Source: Octopus sinensis
Taxonomy: Eukaryota
Direction: 5' to 3'
Length of the DNA stretch: 64,000 nucleotides
NCBI RefSeq assembly: GCF_006345805.1
Contig: NC_042997.1
Coordinates: 124,062,001-124,126,000 of the forward strand
Within the stretch, counting starts at the first letter, position 1. Every line of letters begins with the position of its first letter. The notes below the pieces were generated by a model, which did no database searches, was not told where the DNA came from, and was given only the letters and a program-made list of their open reading frames with translations. Shown one piece after another: positions 40,186-57,689 of the stretch. The position numbers were made by a program, and so were the translations under genes.

Positions 40186-41924
40186 ATGAATATATATATA
40201 TATACATATGTGCGTGACAATATATGAATATATATATGTTTGCATGCATACATGTATGTATGGATATGTATTTATATTGTAATATTTATATGTATACATG
40301 CATGCAAAGTTTAATCCGAACGCATGTAAACATTCATTGAAGTATATCCTTTCTAATAATGACCACTAAATCTTCTAGAAGAATCTGTTCTATTGTCTAG
40401 TACAACTATTGTTATGAAGGGTTTGAGTTTGGTAATTTGAATTTTTAAAAGGTTTTAATATCTTCTTTTTTTCATTGTAAAAATCTCCATTTAGAATATG
40501 AAAAAGAGTCTCAGAAATATTAAACACTGTTAACTTTTTTTTCCAATAGCATTCATTCAAATATGATTCATTAAATGATCGTAAATATCACGTGATTGTA
40601 GCAAGATTATATTGATTTTTTTAAAGAGGCATAAAGCCTGTTTTGGGAGGGAGGGATTATAGTCGATTCAATCAACGCAATGTATATATTAGTTATCCCT
40701 AGAGCATCGACCACGGAAGAACAAAAACATAATGTCGACCTCATCACAGTATTATATTATACCAGAACAATAAGATACCTATTCTTATATCACATAAAGT
40801 ATCAAATTGCCTTTCCATAATCATCAGCTAATGACCTTACCCTCATTCGAAGAGAATATTATTTTCAGATATACATTTCATGCAGTATGTCTTATATATT
40901 CTTTCTTTATGTGTTATATATATTTTAAGAGACATCTAAAAGACGGAAGTATTAGTGTGCATGGGTTTTTGCTTTTATTTCCGAAGATTTTACATGATAC
41001 ATTGTATAAGACAGGAAATATGTTTAAATGAATTTCTCCAAACCTATTATGAATATAACTTTATACTTCTGTACAATTATAAAAAAATAAGAGAATAATC
41101 TACATGTCTCCCATCCCTGCAATGATCATGAATATTTGGAGATAGATACTATTGAAATAATATTAAATACCATCAATTAATTCGGATGGTATGAAGATAA
41201 AAATATAAAATATTAAGAAGAGAAAATGGAAAAAGGTCTAAATAGTATAGGTAATGTGAGTGCGCTAAGGATGTCCTTTTTGCTGTTGCTGCTGAAATGT
41301 TTAAATGAAATTGTAATAACTATTGGTGTTGTCATCTCTCGTATTTTGTGTTGGCTGAAGAGGTGAATGTGGTAGTGGTGGTCATATTGGATTTTTCGAG
41401 CAGACTACAGCGGTTTTTTTTAAATATTTTTACTTTATTGATTTTTTTCCAATGATTTTGTCAAGAAGAAGGGAGTGTCCCATGGCCTTCGAGGACTCAC
41501 AGATATTGCTGAGATCGGTGGCATTCTCTGATATTTGTGTTTGGTACCTCGATCTCCAATTTTATCATCGTTTTGCAAAGGAAATTGTTAGCCAAATAAC
41601 GATATATATATATATATATATATATTATCTCTATACCATGAATAAGTTCAGGTATTTTTCATTTGGCCAACCATAGTATTTCTGTATCCGGATAGCGAGA
41701 TAAATAAATTTAGAATTTATTTTATCGGCATCTGTGAGATAAATAAATCACGACCAACTCGCCAGGTTTTCTATCACCCTCATGTAAGATACGGTTAAAT
41801 ATCTATTTTTGTTCTGTTATTTCCACCAACACAAATTTCTAGGCATTTGGTAGAATGGAATGTGTTGAATACGTAGACGCTGGTGATTTATGCATACCAA
41901 ACAAAATTAGTAGGAAAAAGATAT

Positions 41925-42010
41925 TAGTAACTAGTAGTAGCAACATCAGCGGCTAAAGTAATGGTAATAAAAACAACATTAATAGCAGCGGCAGCAACAG
42001 CAGCAGTAGC

Positions 42011-42044
<34 letters not shown>

Positions 42045-42487
42045 AGAGTAGTAAAACATATAGTATTGGTGGTAGCAGCAGCAGTGGTAGTAGAAGAAGC
42101 GGTAGTAGTAGTAGTAGTAGAACAACTAATAATGGTGGTAGCAGCAGCAGTAGTAGTAGAAGAAGCGGTAGTAGTAGTAGTAGTAGTAGTAGTAGCAGCA
42201 GCAGCAGTAGTAGTAGCAGCAGTAGCAGTAGTAGCAGCAGCAATAATAACAGCAGCAGCAGTAGTAGTAATAGTAGTAGTCGTAGAAGTAGTAGTAGTAG
42301 CAGCAGCAGCAGAAGCAGTTTTAGTTGTAGCAGCAGCAGTAGCAGTAGAAGTAGTAGTAGTAGTAGTAGTAGCAGCAGCAGCAGCTGCAGTAGAAATAGC
42401 AGTAGTAGTAGTAGTAGTAGTATAGTAGTAGTAGTAGTTGTTGTTGTTGTAGTAGTAGTAATTGTGGTTGCTTTTGCTGCTGTTGTC
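41925..42487. repeat. (GTA)n/(GCA)n trinucleotide low-complexity tract
   Basis: Directly visible; source of the poly-T/A, poly-L and poly-V ORFs. Confidence 0.95.
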
Positions 42488-44289
42488 CAATTATGCCTTT
42501 TGTATTTTTACTGATGCCTTAAATCATAATGTGAAACATAAATTAAGAACATAACAAAATATTCATGGATTCGCATCTCCCTTTTGTAATTTTTATTTCT
42601 TACACAATCAAAACGCTTGCTTCAAACTTGGGAGTCAGATATATTGCCCCAGTTTCTGATTCGTGCTCTAAGTTACTGCACCACCCCCACACACAAAGGA
42701 TAAATTGCAAAATTAACCATAGCCAGATCTGAAGTCACTATATCGGATGAAATGCCACTCGGTATTTTGCCTGATTCTCTAAATATTTTGCTATATATAT
42801 ATCGCAAACACAACCTTTGTCTCTCCCGAATTCAAATTTTGCTAAAGCTTACTCTGCATTTCACCCTTGCGACATCCAAAGATTAAACTACGTTTACTTT
42901 AGTCGTTCGAAATTTTATTTTAATTAGTTTAGAAGCTGCATCATTATAAGCGATAGTCTACGAAGTACAACACAGAAAATCATAACTTAAGTCTATTAAT
43001 GACTAACAAGATATTGTTAACAGGTTTTATGAATTCAATAGCTCACAAAGTTTTTAGCAGGTTACAATGGATTGCATAAACCGCTTTATAATAAATTAAT
43101 TTTCAATAAATATATCTGTTATATGGGAAAGACATAGTAAAATTCCGTGGCATTTGAGACCAAATAAAAGAGGGACGAAATGAAATACTGTAAGGCAGAT
43201 CCCGCCCGTCCAACGTTTCTGCCAACTATCAATTTTCGTTCAACTTAAAATAAACGTAAAGGAGCTCTAGTGCCGACAAGATTATGTGAAGACGTATAAT
43301 CAATCAAAAAATTTATTGAAACTAGTTATTTTTTAATACTCTCAGGAGTATACGAATAAAACTTATTTAAGACGATATAACATGTTATAATTCTTTCTAC
43401 TATAGGCACAAGGCTTGTAACATGTTATAAGGAAAAACAGCAAGGCATTTTGTACACTGCATATTGTTTGTTTGATCTCTATTACTCGATTCTGCAACGA
43501 AATATTATAACTAACACTATTTATAAATAACAATAATACTGATAATCATAACAGCAACGTCAATAAGAAAAAAGAATAAAATTAATAAATGCATAGAGTC
43601 CTTAAATTCTCACACATACATTAGAGGAAAAGGGAAATTCGTGATAGAAATGCCTTTTTATGTAATGTTAGCAACGCAGTGTGAATCTCCCTCTCCATCA
43701 ATCGGAAGTAGCTTTAAGATTTTATATATTCCAAAAATACCTCTAACTATGCCGCTAATACATAACTAAACAAAAATATAACAAAAAGAAACATAAGTAT
43801 AAATATATAAAATCCTGAACAACGATATCAGCCACATTTATTTCATACCTAGCTTAGCGTTACAAAGAACAAATGATATTAGATACTCAGTGTTTAAAAC
43901 ACTTTACCAATGTAGCCTGATAATGGCTGCCATTTTCCAGACATGTATGAAAAAACAAAACGATAAAAGTACTGAATGCTCAGTTTCATAGTCGAATCCG
44001 TAATAACTACAAGTATAATGATTATAACAATTATTTCTATAGAAAAAATAGCAACAGTTTCTAAGTTCATCACATTGCTATAAAGTAAGTGCATGGTGGA
44101 AGTGTAAGCTGATTAAATATACTCTAGTATAATAATACAACTTAAATAATTAACCCCGGAAAATGAAAGGCAAAGGCGATTCAGGTGGAATTTGGAATTT
44201 AAACAGAAAGTGATACAACCATATCTTCCATGTCATTCTCTTATATACAGTAAATATCTTGGGTAATAATACTGATTTATTACAAAAGC

Positions 44290-44496
44290 CCATAGTGGAT
44301 ACAAGAATCGATTAAATCGACCCCTCTACTTGACTGGTACTTATTTTATCGACCCATGAGGGATGAAAGGCAAAGTCGACCCTGGTGGTGTTTAAACAGA
44401 GAGCATAACGCGGCGCAGTTAAATACCACATACCATTTTGTCCGGCACTCTAATGATTCTAATGTCCACCGCAGAAATAATGATGATAATAAAAAC

Positions 44497-44568
<72 letters not shown>

Positions 44569-44840
44569 CATAATAATAATGATAATCCTTTCTACTATAC
44601 GCACGAGGCCTAATGTTTTGGGGAAGGAGACTAGTTGATTACATCAACTCCAGTATTTCACTGGTATTTATGCTATCGAACCCTAAAGCATGAAAGGAAA
44701 ATTCCACCTCGGTGGAATTTAAACTCACAAGATAAAGGCGGACGAAGTGCCACTAAGCATTTTCTCCGGCATGCTACCGATCCTGCCAGCTCGCCGACTT
44801 AATAATAATAATAATAATAATAACAATAATAATAATAATG

Positions 44841-44907
<67 letters not shown>

Positions 44908-44909
44908 TG

Positions 44910-44958
<49 letters not shown>

Positions 44959-44972
44959 TGATGATGATGATG

Positions 44973-45025
<53 letters not shown>

Positions 45026-45312
45026 TATAATAATATTAATGATGATGATGATGATGATAATAATGATAATCCTTTCTGTTACAGGTAGAAGGCAAGGCCT
45101 GATATGTTGTGGGGTAGAGTCGATTCCATAGATCCCCAGTGTTAAACTGGTACTTATTTTATCTATCTCGAAAGATGAACGGCAAAGTTGACCCCGAATT
45201 TTTTGTGTACTCACACGAAAAGATCCTTAAGAAGTTCTGCTAAGCGTTTTGTCCGAAGTATTAACATTTCTGCTAGCTCGCCATCTTAGATAATAATAAT
45301 AATAATACTAAG

Positions 45313-45377
<65 letters not shown>

Positions 45378-45600
45378 GGTTTCAACTTTTGGCACAAGGC
45401 CTGCATGTTCGGGAAAGGGTGTCAGTTGATTGCATCGACCTCAGAGTTCAGCTGGTACTTGTTTTTATCCACTCCAGAATGATGAGACGCAAAGTCGGCC
45501 TCGGTGGAATTTGTATTCAGAACGTGAACAGAGACGGGCGATCTCTCGCCAAGCATTTTGCTCCGCACTCTAACATTTGTGCATGCTCACCACCTTGACA
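44290..45600 (-). mobile_element. Four head-to-tail SINE family A copies separated by (AAT)n (~44290-44475, 44585-44800, 45070-45290, 45378-45598)
   Basis: Each copy has ATCGACCCC..CTGGTACTT..TTTATC..GGCAAAGT..AAGCATTT..GCTCGCC on plus, i.e. the reverse of family A. Confidence 0.8.
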
Positions 45601-46214
45601 TAATAATAATAATATAATAATAATAATAATAATAATAATAAAATAATAATAATAAAATAATAATAATAATAATAAAATAATAATAATAAAATAATAATAA
45701 TAATAAAATAATAATGATAATAATAATAATAATAATGATAATAATAATAATAATAATATATAATAATAATAATAATGTGTTTCTCATATAGGCACCAATG
45801 CTAGACCATTTATATGAAAGGTTATACTCGATTTTATTGACACCAGCATGTTATTTGAATTTATTGCACTAAGTGTGCAAAATAGAGCTGAGCGGCATTT
45901 AAAAGATAGGATGAAGATGATGCTACAAGCCCCGCTTCCAGCTTGGGTTCTGTATTCCACCAATTCTAATTTCAAGTGCTCTGAAAATTAGATTTCAAAC
46001 ATAGGTACAAGACCAGTAAAAGTTTGGAGATGTTTATTAATTTTTGTTGACATTCGAAGGACCAAACTGAAAGTCGATGTCAGCGTTTTTGGACTCCTAA
46101 GGTAGAGACACAGAGCTAATCACTGCAGGTTATACGTTCCTGCTGCTCTGCCGATTCTGACACGCCGTCACCCTAGGAGAAGTAACAGTATTAGTAATAA
46201 TAATAATAATAATA

Positions 46215-46268
<54 letters not shown>

Positions 46269-46270
<2 letters not shown>

Positions 46271-46606
46271 GGGGAGCATCATAGCCATGTGTTGAGAGGA
46301 ATTCTCTGGGGTCTGAATAATTCACCTCTGGAAACATGGGTGCTTCGTTCAACATCCTTAAACAACCCTTATTCAGGGACCTTTCGAGCGGGATGGGTTA
46401 CTCAACCAGAAGAAAATTCTAACAGGGCCCCCACCTGCAAGGTCATGCGGTGTTTATCTTGATATGAGACCACCATGTCGCGCACATATGGTTGTGATGC
46501 ATGTGCCTGGTGTATCCTTATCAGACGGGTAGTCATGATGGGTATTACTGGGCTTCGTATATTTTACCCCTGCGTCACTTTGATGGCAAACACTGCTCTC
46601 TCAATC

Positions 46607-46607
<1 letters not shown>
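46269..46607 (+). mobile_element. 5'-truncated 3' UTR of a TAA-associated non-LTR element
   Basis: Highly similar to 59458-59781. Embedded in (AAT)n on both sides. Confidence 0.75.
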
Positions 46608-46676
<69 letters not shown>

Positions 46677-46954
46677 TTATTGTTATTATTATTATTATTA
46701 AAAAGAGATTGTAGTAATAACGATGAGGAGAATGTTGATAATAGTAATGATATTGTGAGTTAAGTGGGGGTTCGATAGATTGATGCAGGGTCAGAAATTT
46801 ATGAAAGAAGAATATTATTGATAGAATCAAATTGAACGCATGTCATATGTTTTGTTGATCGTGAAATGATAAATCTTGTCAATTAGATGAAATGTAGTCA
46901 AGTATTTATTGAAACACTTAACAGCTTCTACCATGATATTATTTTTTTCTTCCA

Positions 46955-47595
46955 GCTTTGGCACAGCATCTCAAACTTGGAGAATGCGTGCGGTTGATTA
47001 TATCGATACAGATATTTAACGGATGCATATATTTTGGCGCAACATTTGTCCTCAGTGGGATTCGAACTCACAACGCAAAGGGAGGTATACTATTTAGTCA
47101 AGCACTCTTCCCTTTGTGCAATTCTACTGAAGATTTACAATACCATTCTGAAGAATGGTAATACGGATTTCTAAGGTTTTGCACATTGGAACACCTCTTT
47201 GGAAGAGTAGATCGATATGATGGAGCTTAATACATGAGCGGTACTTATTATACAAACACTAGAGACGTCAAAGGTTAATTTGACCCTGATGAGTTTTTTA
47301 TCATAGAACATAAAATTACTTGACAAATACCGCAGTGTATTATGCTAACATGCCAGCGACAGTCTCATCGGCACACTTTTAATAAAAATAATAATAATGA
47401 TTCCTTGAATAGGCACAAGGCCAAAAATAACAGGGACAGAAGTGTACCGGATTTAAACGATCCCTGTACTGAACTGATAGCTATTTTAAGGATGTCAAAA
47501 CTGTTAAAGGCAAAAACAGCAGTGACAGAATTTTATGACAGTATTTAACCGGTTCTGCTGTGTACACTCCTCCAATAATAATAATAATAATAATA

Positions 47596-47630
<35 letters not shown>

Positions 47631-48077
47631 TAATAATAATAATAATAATAATAATTGATTATCCTTGACTAAGTAAAAAGGTCCCATTCTTTGACTGAAG
47701 AATGTAATGGAAGTTGTGACAACATTGCCTTTCCTAAGCAAATTCGGAGTATAGAAAATCCAGTACTCTTGCTATGTCGATATGCAAGCGGTATAAAATT
47801 AACCATTGTAGTGATTCAATGTTCAATACATATGAAATGTTATCAATGATCATGATGAAAATTATAATATTAACAATATCAACAACGTTTGTTATCGTAA
47901 TAACAAATATTAGAGTAACAACGATGGCTGTATTTTTCCAAAATATTTCGTTACATTAACCCGCAATTTTTTGGTACACAACAGCTGACCCGATCATTTC
48001 CTTAATGTATCCTAGCAAGAGCGATACACATGAAAGATGTTTTTCAATTCAAGATAGAGCTTTTTTTTATATATTTC

Positions 48078-48135
<58 letters not shown>

Positions 48136-48790
48136 TAAGAATAATTTTTGTCACAAAACCAAGTATTTTCTTAGCCTGATACTAATATTCGTACTCCTCT
48201 TGTACATACTTTTGTTGACCAACATTGAGAACAGGATAAGTCGCCTCCAACAGAATTTATTCCGTCGTAAATGTGCAACTAATTACGGATTGACATTTCG
48301 TACTAATCTCTACAATCCATGCTGTTCAACCGCTATATTACAAACGATATCTAACATAAGCTCAATTGCATATATTTCCGAGTACGATACAATAGCTTTA
48401 TTTCATAGGACTGTTTCACTTGCATTTATTTTATCGACCCAGCAAGGAGGAAAAGCGAAATTTACTCCAGCCGGCTCTGGACTTAAACTGCCACATGGCA
48501 TTGTCCTCCGGCGCTCTGCTAATACCTTCATCCATCGCTCTTCCACGCCACTGTATATATATATATAATGATTATGATTTGTTACATTGGCACAATGTCA
48601 CACTTTGTAAGGGAGGGAAGAGTCGAGTCAATCGACTTTGAATATATTGGTAGTCATCATCTATCGACCCTGAAGGATTGATAGTCAACATTTAATCCAG
48701 CGGGTTATCAATTCTGAACACAATGGGACGTTTTAAAATAACGCAGAGCAAATTGTTCGGCACTCTGGCGATTTATACATCGCCACAAAA
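46955..48790 (-). mobile_element. Further diverged SINE family A copies interleaved with (AAT)n
   Basis: Remnant motifs GGCACAAGGC, TTTATCGACCC and CGGCACTCT at ~46960, 47180, 47410, 48420 and 48590. Confidence 0.5.
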
Positions 48791-48804
48791 TTAATAACAA
48801 CAGC

Positions 48805-48868
<64 letters not shown>

Positions 48869-49069
48869 TCCTTCATTAATTTCTCTAGACTGATTGAATA
48901 TTATTATTGACATGGTTCACCTCCATCGTCCCCGCCACCAGTGCCATCATGGCAACATATTTTTATTGTTATTCTCATTACAAGATTTTGGTTGTTTATG
49001 ATGACAGCGGTTGTCGTATTATGATTCACTAACCTGTGGCATCATGTCCTTCAAACAAGCTACATTCCT

Positions 49070-51610
<2,541 letters not shown>

Positions 51611-54357
51611 TATTTATATGTTTTCATTAGTATAACAGATTATTATAACTGCGAGCAGCATCCGAATACGTATGTCACACCTACACACACCAGACAGATT
51701 CTTATTCTTTAATTTCATTGTTTAACACAACAGTAATCTCGAAATATGAACAACATCAGCCATGTTTTTTTTTGTGAATAAGTGCAAACAATATTTGCAG
51801 TTTTAAAGTTAGTAAACAAACAGATTTGGCATGTCAATATCAAACTTATGGAATATTGTTGCATTTTCGTGCTTTGTACAATCAATATTTCAGTTTGGTC
51901 GGTTGCATGGTCGTACAATGTTCATTGCATACTGTGTTGTTACAGATTTTTTTATTCAGTGAATTACACCACATTTGATATGATTCGTATCTATATGGGT
52001 ACATCCATTGTTTGGCTAATGGTATGACAGCAATATTAACAGTGCCTATTTTGCAAAGTACTTTTTCAATATATTATTTGGTAGTAACAACACAGAAGAC
52101 TATTATTATCTTATCTTAATTTACTCAATGAAAATATTTCATTAGATTTTGGAAAAATAAAATGATGAATTTATTTGCTACTGGATGTATACTGAACATT
52201 TTGATGACAATAAATAACTTTACATTGAAGTGGTTCACTAATACTGCCTGTCTTCCTAAATAACAACTAACTTGTTGTCGAGTGTCATTTCAATTCTAAT
52301 ATATGATTATGTCCGGACAAACACGTCAAGACGATAAATAAAAAAAAAATCGTTGAAAATATTCTTAGTAAAGCACTGGATGTTGATAATTCCCTGATTT
52401 CTTGAAAACGTGAACAAGAATATATGTTTTTAATGATAGGGGAACTAATTTCACTCTCTTATTTATGCTTCCGTTAATACTAATACGCTGTATTTTTAGG
52501 TGGATATTTCTTATCAAATAAGAACATCTATTGTATTATTCATCCCTCTCACTTAGATAAAACTGGTTTTAAAACCGTATTGTCCATCTATATTGCTTGT
52601 CCTCACATCATTTATAAATGCGTGCCATCATCCATTGAAGATTATATTTTGTAATATTCTCGTTTAATATTTCACTTGTTTGCATTGGCCAAAGTATATG
52701 CGGTAAACTTTATTCTTAAAGTTGTGTAAGCATTCCCGAAAGGAGCAGCAAACAAGATCACTTGAAACCTAACCTTAATGAATGACTGGATATCATTTTA
52801 TTTTTATTTCCATTTTTGTTCCTTTTTTTTGTTTTTGATGTATGAAACATTGATTTGGCGATACTTAACGTACTATATTTAAGGAAATTTTGAAACACAT
52901 TAGCTTTAACCAGATGTCAGTAGTCCACTGTATAGTGTACTGATGTAAAGCATCAAATGTTAACTGGGTGCATTTTAATATATTTTAATGGAATAAATTG
53001 AAGAGAATGTAATTAAGGAATGTATCGTTGACGAAAATGTGCGACCACTTAAAACAGAAAAAAAAAATAAAATATCCTCTTTAATAATAAAAGAAGACAT
53101 CTTGCAGTAACATTTTGAAACTGGTGATGCTCTTTTATTTGTGTATGTGTGTACACAAAAAATATAATTTAGTATTGAATTGCTTTTAAATATTAAACAC
53201 AAACGATGGGAAAGCTAATATGTCTAGATTAGCGTGGCTGTATTTGTGAAATGTATTATAGTGTATCTTCGTCATTCATGTTTATGAAACTAATTTATTT
53301 AGATAAAAGTAAGCACACATACAGATGTGAGTGTTAGAGATGATGGTAGTAAGAATTATAGATGGGGAATAGTTTAAACAAATATTGAAATATATTTATA
53401 TTAATTAAATTATTTTTTCTTATCAGTGTTTATATAACGTACTGTTTAATTATATATTCAACTACCCTCAAAGGTGTTGTAAATGGTTTTCACAGGCTTC
53501 TTGGTCTAATCATTTAGATTTGTTATGCAATACGGCTTTAGTGCATATTTTATGTCTGTGATGCAATAGGGTAGCCTGAACACCGTCTTTCATTGGCGTT
53601 TATAACTGGTTTCCTTTCTATTATTATCCTCATTTCATTCCGGTGTTCAATACGATTGTCTCACAGGGCAGCTGTCAGCCGGAACTTACAGATTGCAACA
53701 GATGAAGAAGACTTCACCCTAATATGACAAACTAATCAACAACCACTTCATATCTTTGATAAAGATTTTGATTCTGGTTGTTTGTTACAAGATTCAGATT
53801 GATTCATCTGCTCTTTTAATAAAATATGAAAAAATATAAAAAATTTGTTGATTACTCTGGAGAAAACAATAAGATTTATAAAATAATTTAAAAATAAAAC
53901 TATAAAATAAAATCAATAGTAGACTCTAGTGTTGATTTCAACCACAAAATATACACAACCAAATTGGAATTCCTTTTCAAAGTTTCCTTTTCTCACATTC
54001 ACCCATCACTCGTTCAACACACGATATCTATTGAATTCTTCTTACAATCTTAAGAAAGGCTTGGAACTGATATTAGAATCATAATAAGGCTTCTAAGTCA
54101 AAACGTTCTTAATTAATCCAATTATATCTAATAATTCTTAATTATAATTTATAGCTTATAGTTAATTTTTAAAATTTATTTTATACTGATGAAAATCCCA
54201 TATAAAAACATTTGAAGATTTGGTATAATTAAATCGATTTCAAACTTTTAATGAACACTCGTGGGGTGTTATTGTCATTAGCGTTATTATCATTATTAAA
54301 ATTATATTATTATCACTATCATTCTCATTCTTAGTGTTATTATTTTTATTATTATTA

Positions 54358-54427
<70 letters not shown>

Positions 54428-55610
54428 TTGCTCGCCATAAATCTTATTAACGTTCTTACCAGACATCAGTCTTTTATCATTCTCGTTATTGCTATTCTAA
54501 GCAACGCCATCATATTTGTAACATGCCAACATGCTCAACCTAATCAAATATATGTTCATTACATCACAGTAGGAGAACAGTGTACCGCATTATATCAAAA
54601 CTTTGTAACAATTACTTTTACTTCCAGCTATATTGCTGAACTCCAGTAAGGCATTTCGGGCGAATAAAAAGCCTTGTTTTCTGTTGTCGTGGGTGCTGCT
54701 TCATCCTCATCATTGGATCCCTAGATCTCCGTCTGGTAACCGTCTGTGTACCCATCAAAAGTTATCATCTGGTTAGGTGCTGTGTACGTGTACTAGAAAA
54801 GATAAAACAAAACAAAAAAGTTTATGAGTGATTTATATATCGGTTGAGCCGACGAGAGAACCTGTACGCGATCACTCGATTTGCTAGAAATAGCAACGAA
54901 ATCCTTTCTCAACACTCACGGCTTAATTAAACTACAATGTCATATCAAGCTTACAAGATGTGATAGTTACGAGTAGAATATCTTTGATTACGAGTCTAAT
55001 TAACAAGGGCTACCATGTGAGTAAATTACACTACATGTTGCTTATTAGAAGCCCAATTGTTTTATTTCAGTTTTTTTATTCTAATTAAGAATAAAATTTC
55101 AAATTTACTGAGTGTTTTTTTCAAATCATATGACGCTAGTGTGTATTTTCCGAAAGCTTTAATAGTAGTATACTAACAGGGAACTAGTATTAGAATAATA
55201 ATAATAACTTTATATATCTAAATGGTACTATTGATTTAAGATAGAAATTAAAATATTGCCTGATAGTCAGGAAAGTTATTCGGCGTCATTAAACTCAAAG
55301 GATTCTCGTATGTTAATGATAGCAATCAGCGATATGCAAATATTCGACAGTCAAGAAATAAGAACAGTTCGTACGTGAGAGAGAAACAGAAAGAGAAGTG
55401 TGGGAGGAAATACTTTGGGGTAAACAGAATAATAAGCACGGAACTACAAACAAAGATCATTGTCTTAAAAACTAGAGTCAAGAATGAATCCTGCTTTCCG
55501 TAAAATAGTTTTGGTTGGCGAATGAGATACTAATGCGAAAAGCTATTTTCTGAACTTATTATATTATACTAAATCTTGAAATTTTGATAACATTTCTATC
55601 ATCCCAGCTA

Positions 55611-55843
55611 TTTCTTATTTCTTTATTGCCCACAAGGGGCTAAACATAGTGAGAACAAACAAGGACAGACAAAGGGATTAAGTCGATTACATCGACCCCA
55701 GTGCGTAACTGGTACTTAATTTATCGACTCCGAAAGGATGAAAGGCAAAGTCGACCTCGGCAGAATTTCAACTTAGAACGTGATGGCAGACGAAATACCG
55801 CCAAGCATTTCGCCCGGCGTTTTAACGTTTCTGCCACCTCACC
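55611..55843 (-). mobile_element. SINE family A with 11-bp TSD
   Basis: Reverse homolog of 1413-1643. CATCCCAGCTA occurs at 55600-55610 and 55843-55853. Confidence 0.9.
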
Positions 55844-56585
55844 ATCCCAGCTACTTCTGTAAGAATCATAATTTCTGCTAGCGTGCGCCAAAGGACTTAT
55901 GCACAAGAAAATTAGTTGCCGTACAACAATTCATTTATTACAGAAATTTATGTAAAGAAGATGTTAACTTCGTGTATATATATTACTAGAGAAGAGAAGT
56001 ACTTTTCATATAAACTTATAAATTGTTTTATTTTATATTACAACAAAATTCTTAGCGGCACTGCGTCCGTCTTTTCGTACTAAGTTCAAATCCTGCCGAG
56101 CTCGATTTTGCATTTCATCCCCAGTTGAGTACTGTGGTCAATGTAATCGATTTATTCCTCCCCGGAAAATGCTAGCCTTGTGCCAAAATATTTTAAATCA
56201 ATATTACAACGCTCTCTCAATTCCCATGTTATTGTCTTAGATACTAAAATTACTCAGGATATTGTATCTCTAACAAAAAGGAAGACTCCCGTGCTTGGAA
56301 AAACCTTTCATCATTCGTTTGCTCGACCGCGGCTGACTTGAGCTACCACACGAACAAATTCTTTCTTGATAAATTAACCAGGAAATGCAACAGAAAGAAA
56401 ATTGCAATATTAATATGATATATACAATAACATATTATTGATATTAATTCATTAGCGAAATTTCCAAATTAATATGTATAATTTCAATTTTTGCATATAA
56501 GAATTGAATTTTATTTATCAGGCAAATAAAATTCTTGAATATTATTAATCGTTTCAATATATAATTTACATAGGAAATGCATTTG

Positions 56586-56874
<289 letters not shown>

Positions 56875-56949
56875 CCATAACCTTCTTAACGACAATGTAT
56901 AAAATACTAACATCTAACTTGACTGAATATGCCTAAATTCTTTTTAATA

Positions 56950-57685
56950 GAAAGTGGCAATACTTTCGCTATACCGGTCGTGACTTACAGCTTCAATATC
57001 ATTAACTCGTCAATTACTGAAATATGTAATCTCGACAGAAAAATACGAATATTGTTGACAATGCATATAATGCACCACCCTAAGGAAGATATGGAACGAC
57101 TTCTTCTGCCAAGAAAAGAGAATGGCCATGGTCGTTTACAACTGGAATTAACTAAGAAGATTGCCACAATTGACATAAACACCTACCTGAAAGACTCTGA
57201 TGACTGGATGTTAAAACTTTCTTAAAGCACGGAAACAAGAAAACATCATACTTAGTAACAAATCAGGCAAAGGAAAATCTAAATAAATTCTTAATACAAC
57301 AAATGTCAAAACACGCACAGTAAACGCTAAGCGTGTGTAAACCCTTGCTAAAACTGCTACCTTACATATTCTTACTGATAAATGACAAGGAAAACCTCTC
57401 AATGGCAAATACCCAAAGAGCACTAATAATACCGACGTTGACAAAGCCCTTATTCCACAATGTTTACTGTCTCCTGGCTTAAAATCATAAACAGAGGTGT
57501 TTATCATAGCAGCCCAAGATCAAAGTTAACCTACAAAGAGTTACTAGGCCAACATATTAAAGAACGGCCGTAACCCATCATGTCGTGTATGTAAACAGCA
57601 AAAACGAAAACATTGATCATGTTGTCTCCAAGTGCAGTCATCTGGCGCCTACAGAGTATCTCAACAGGCATGATAGAGCAGTGCA
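56950..57685 (+). mobile_element. Internal fragment of R4/Dong-like LINE
   Basis: NTFAIPVVTYSFNIIN..LDRKIR..LPRKENG.GR; AAQDQ; CRVC..IDHVVSKC..RHD. Paralogous to 61790-62535. Confidence 0.85.
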
Positions 57686-57689
57686 TTGA

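Noticed and set aside
41924-42490. Thr/Ala-rich mucin- or antifreeze-like ORF
   Set aside because: Pure GTA/GCA trinucleotide tract open in several frames; no splice or signal evidence.
48207-48350. Idea that TAG stops in pseudo-exons are rescued by cephalopod A-to-I editing (UAG to UGG)
   Set aside because: The fragments also need frameshifts and contain many substitutions; ordinary decay explains them better.
44290-48870. Repeat-spacer pattern superficially like a CRISPR array
   Set aside because: The repeats are variable (AAT)n and the spacers are homologous SINEs; eukaryotic DNA, no cas genes.
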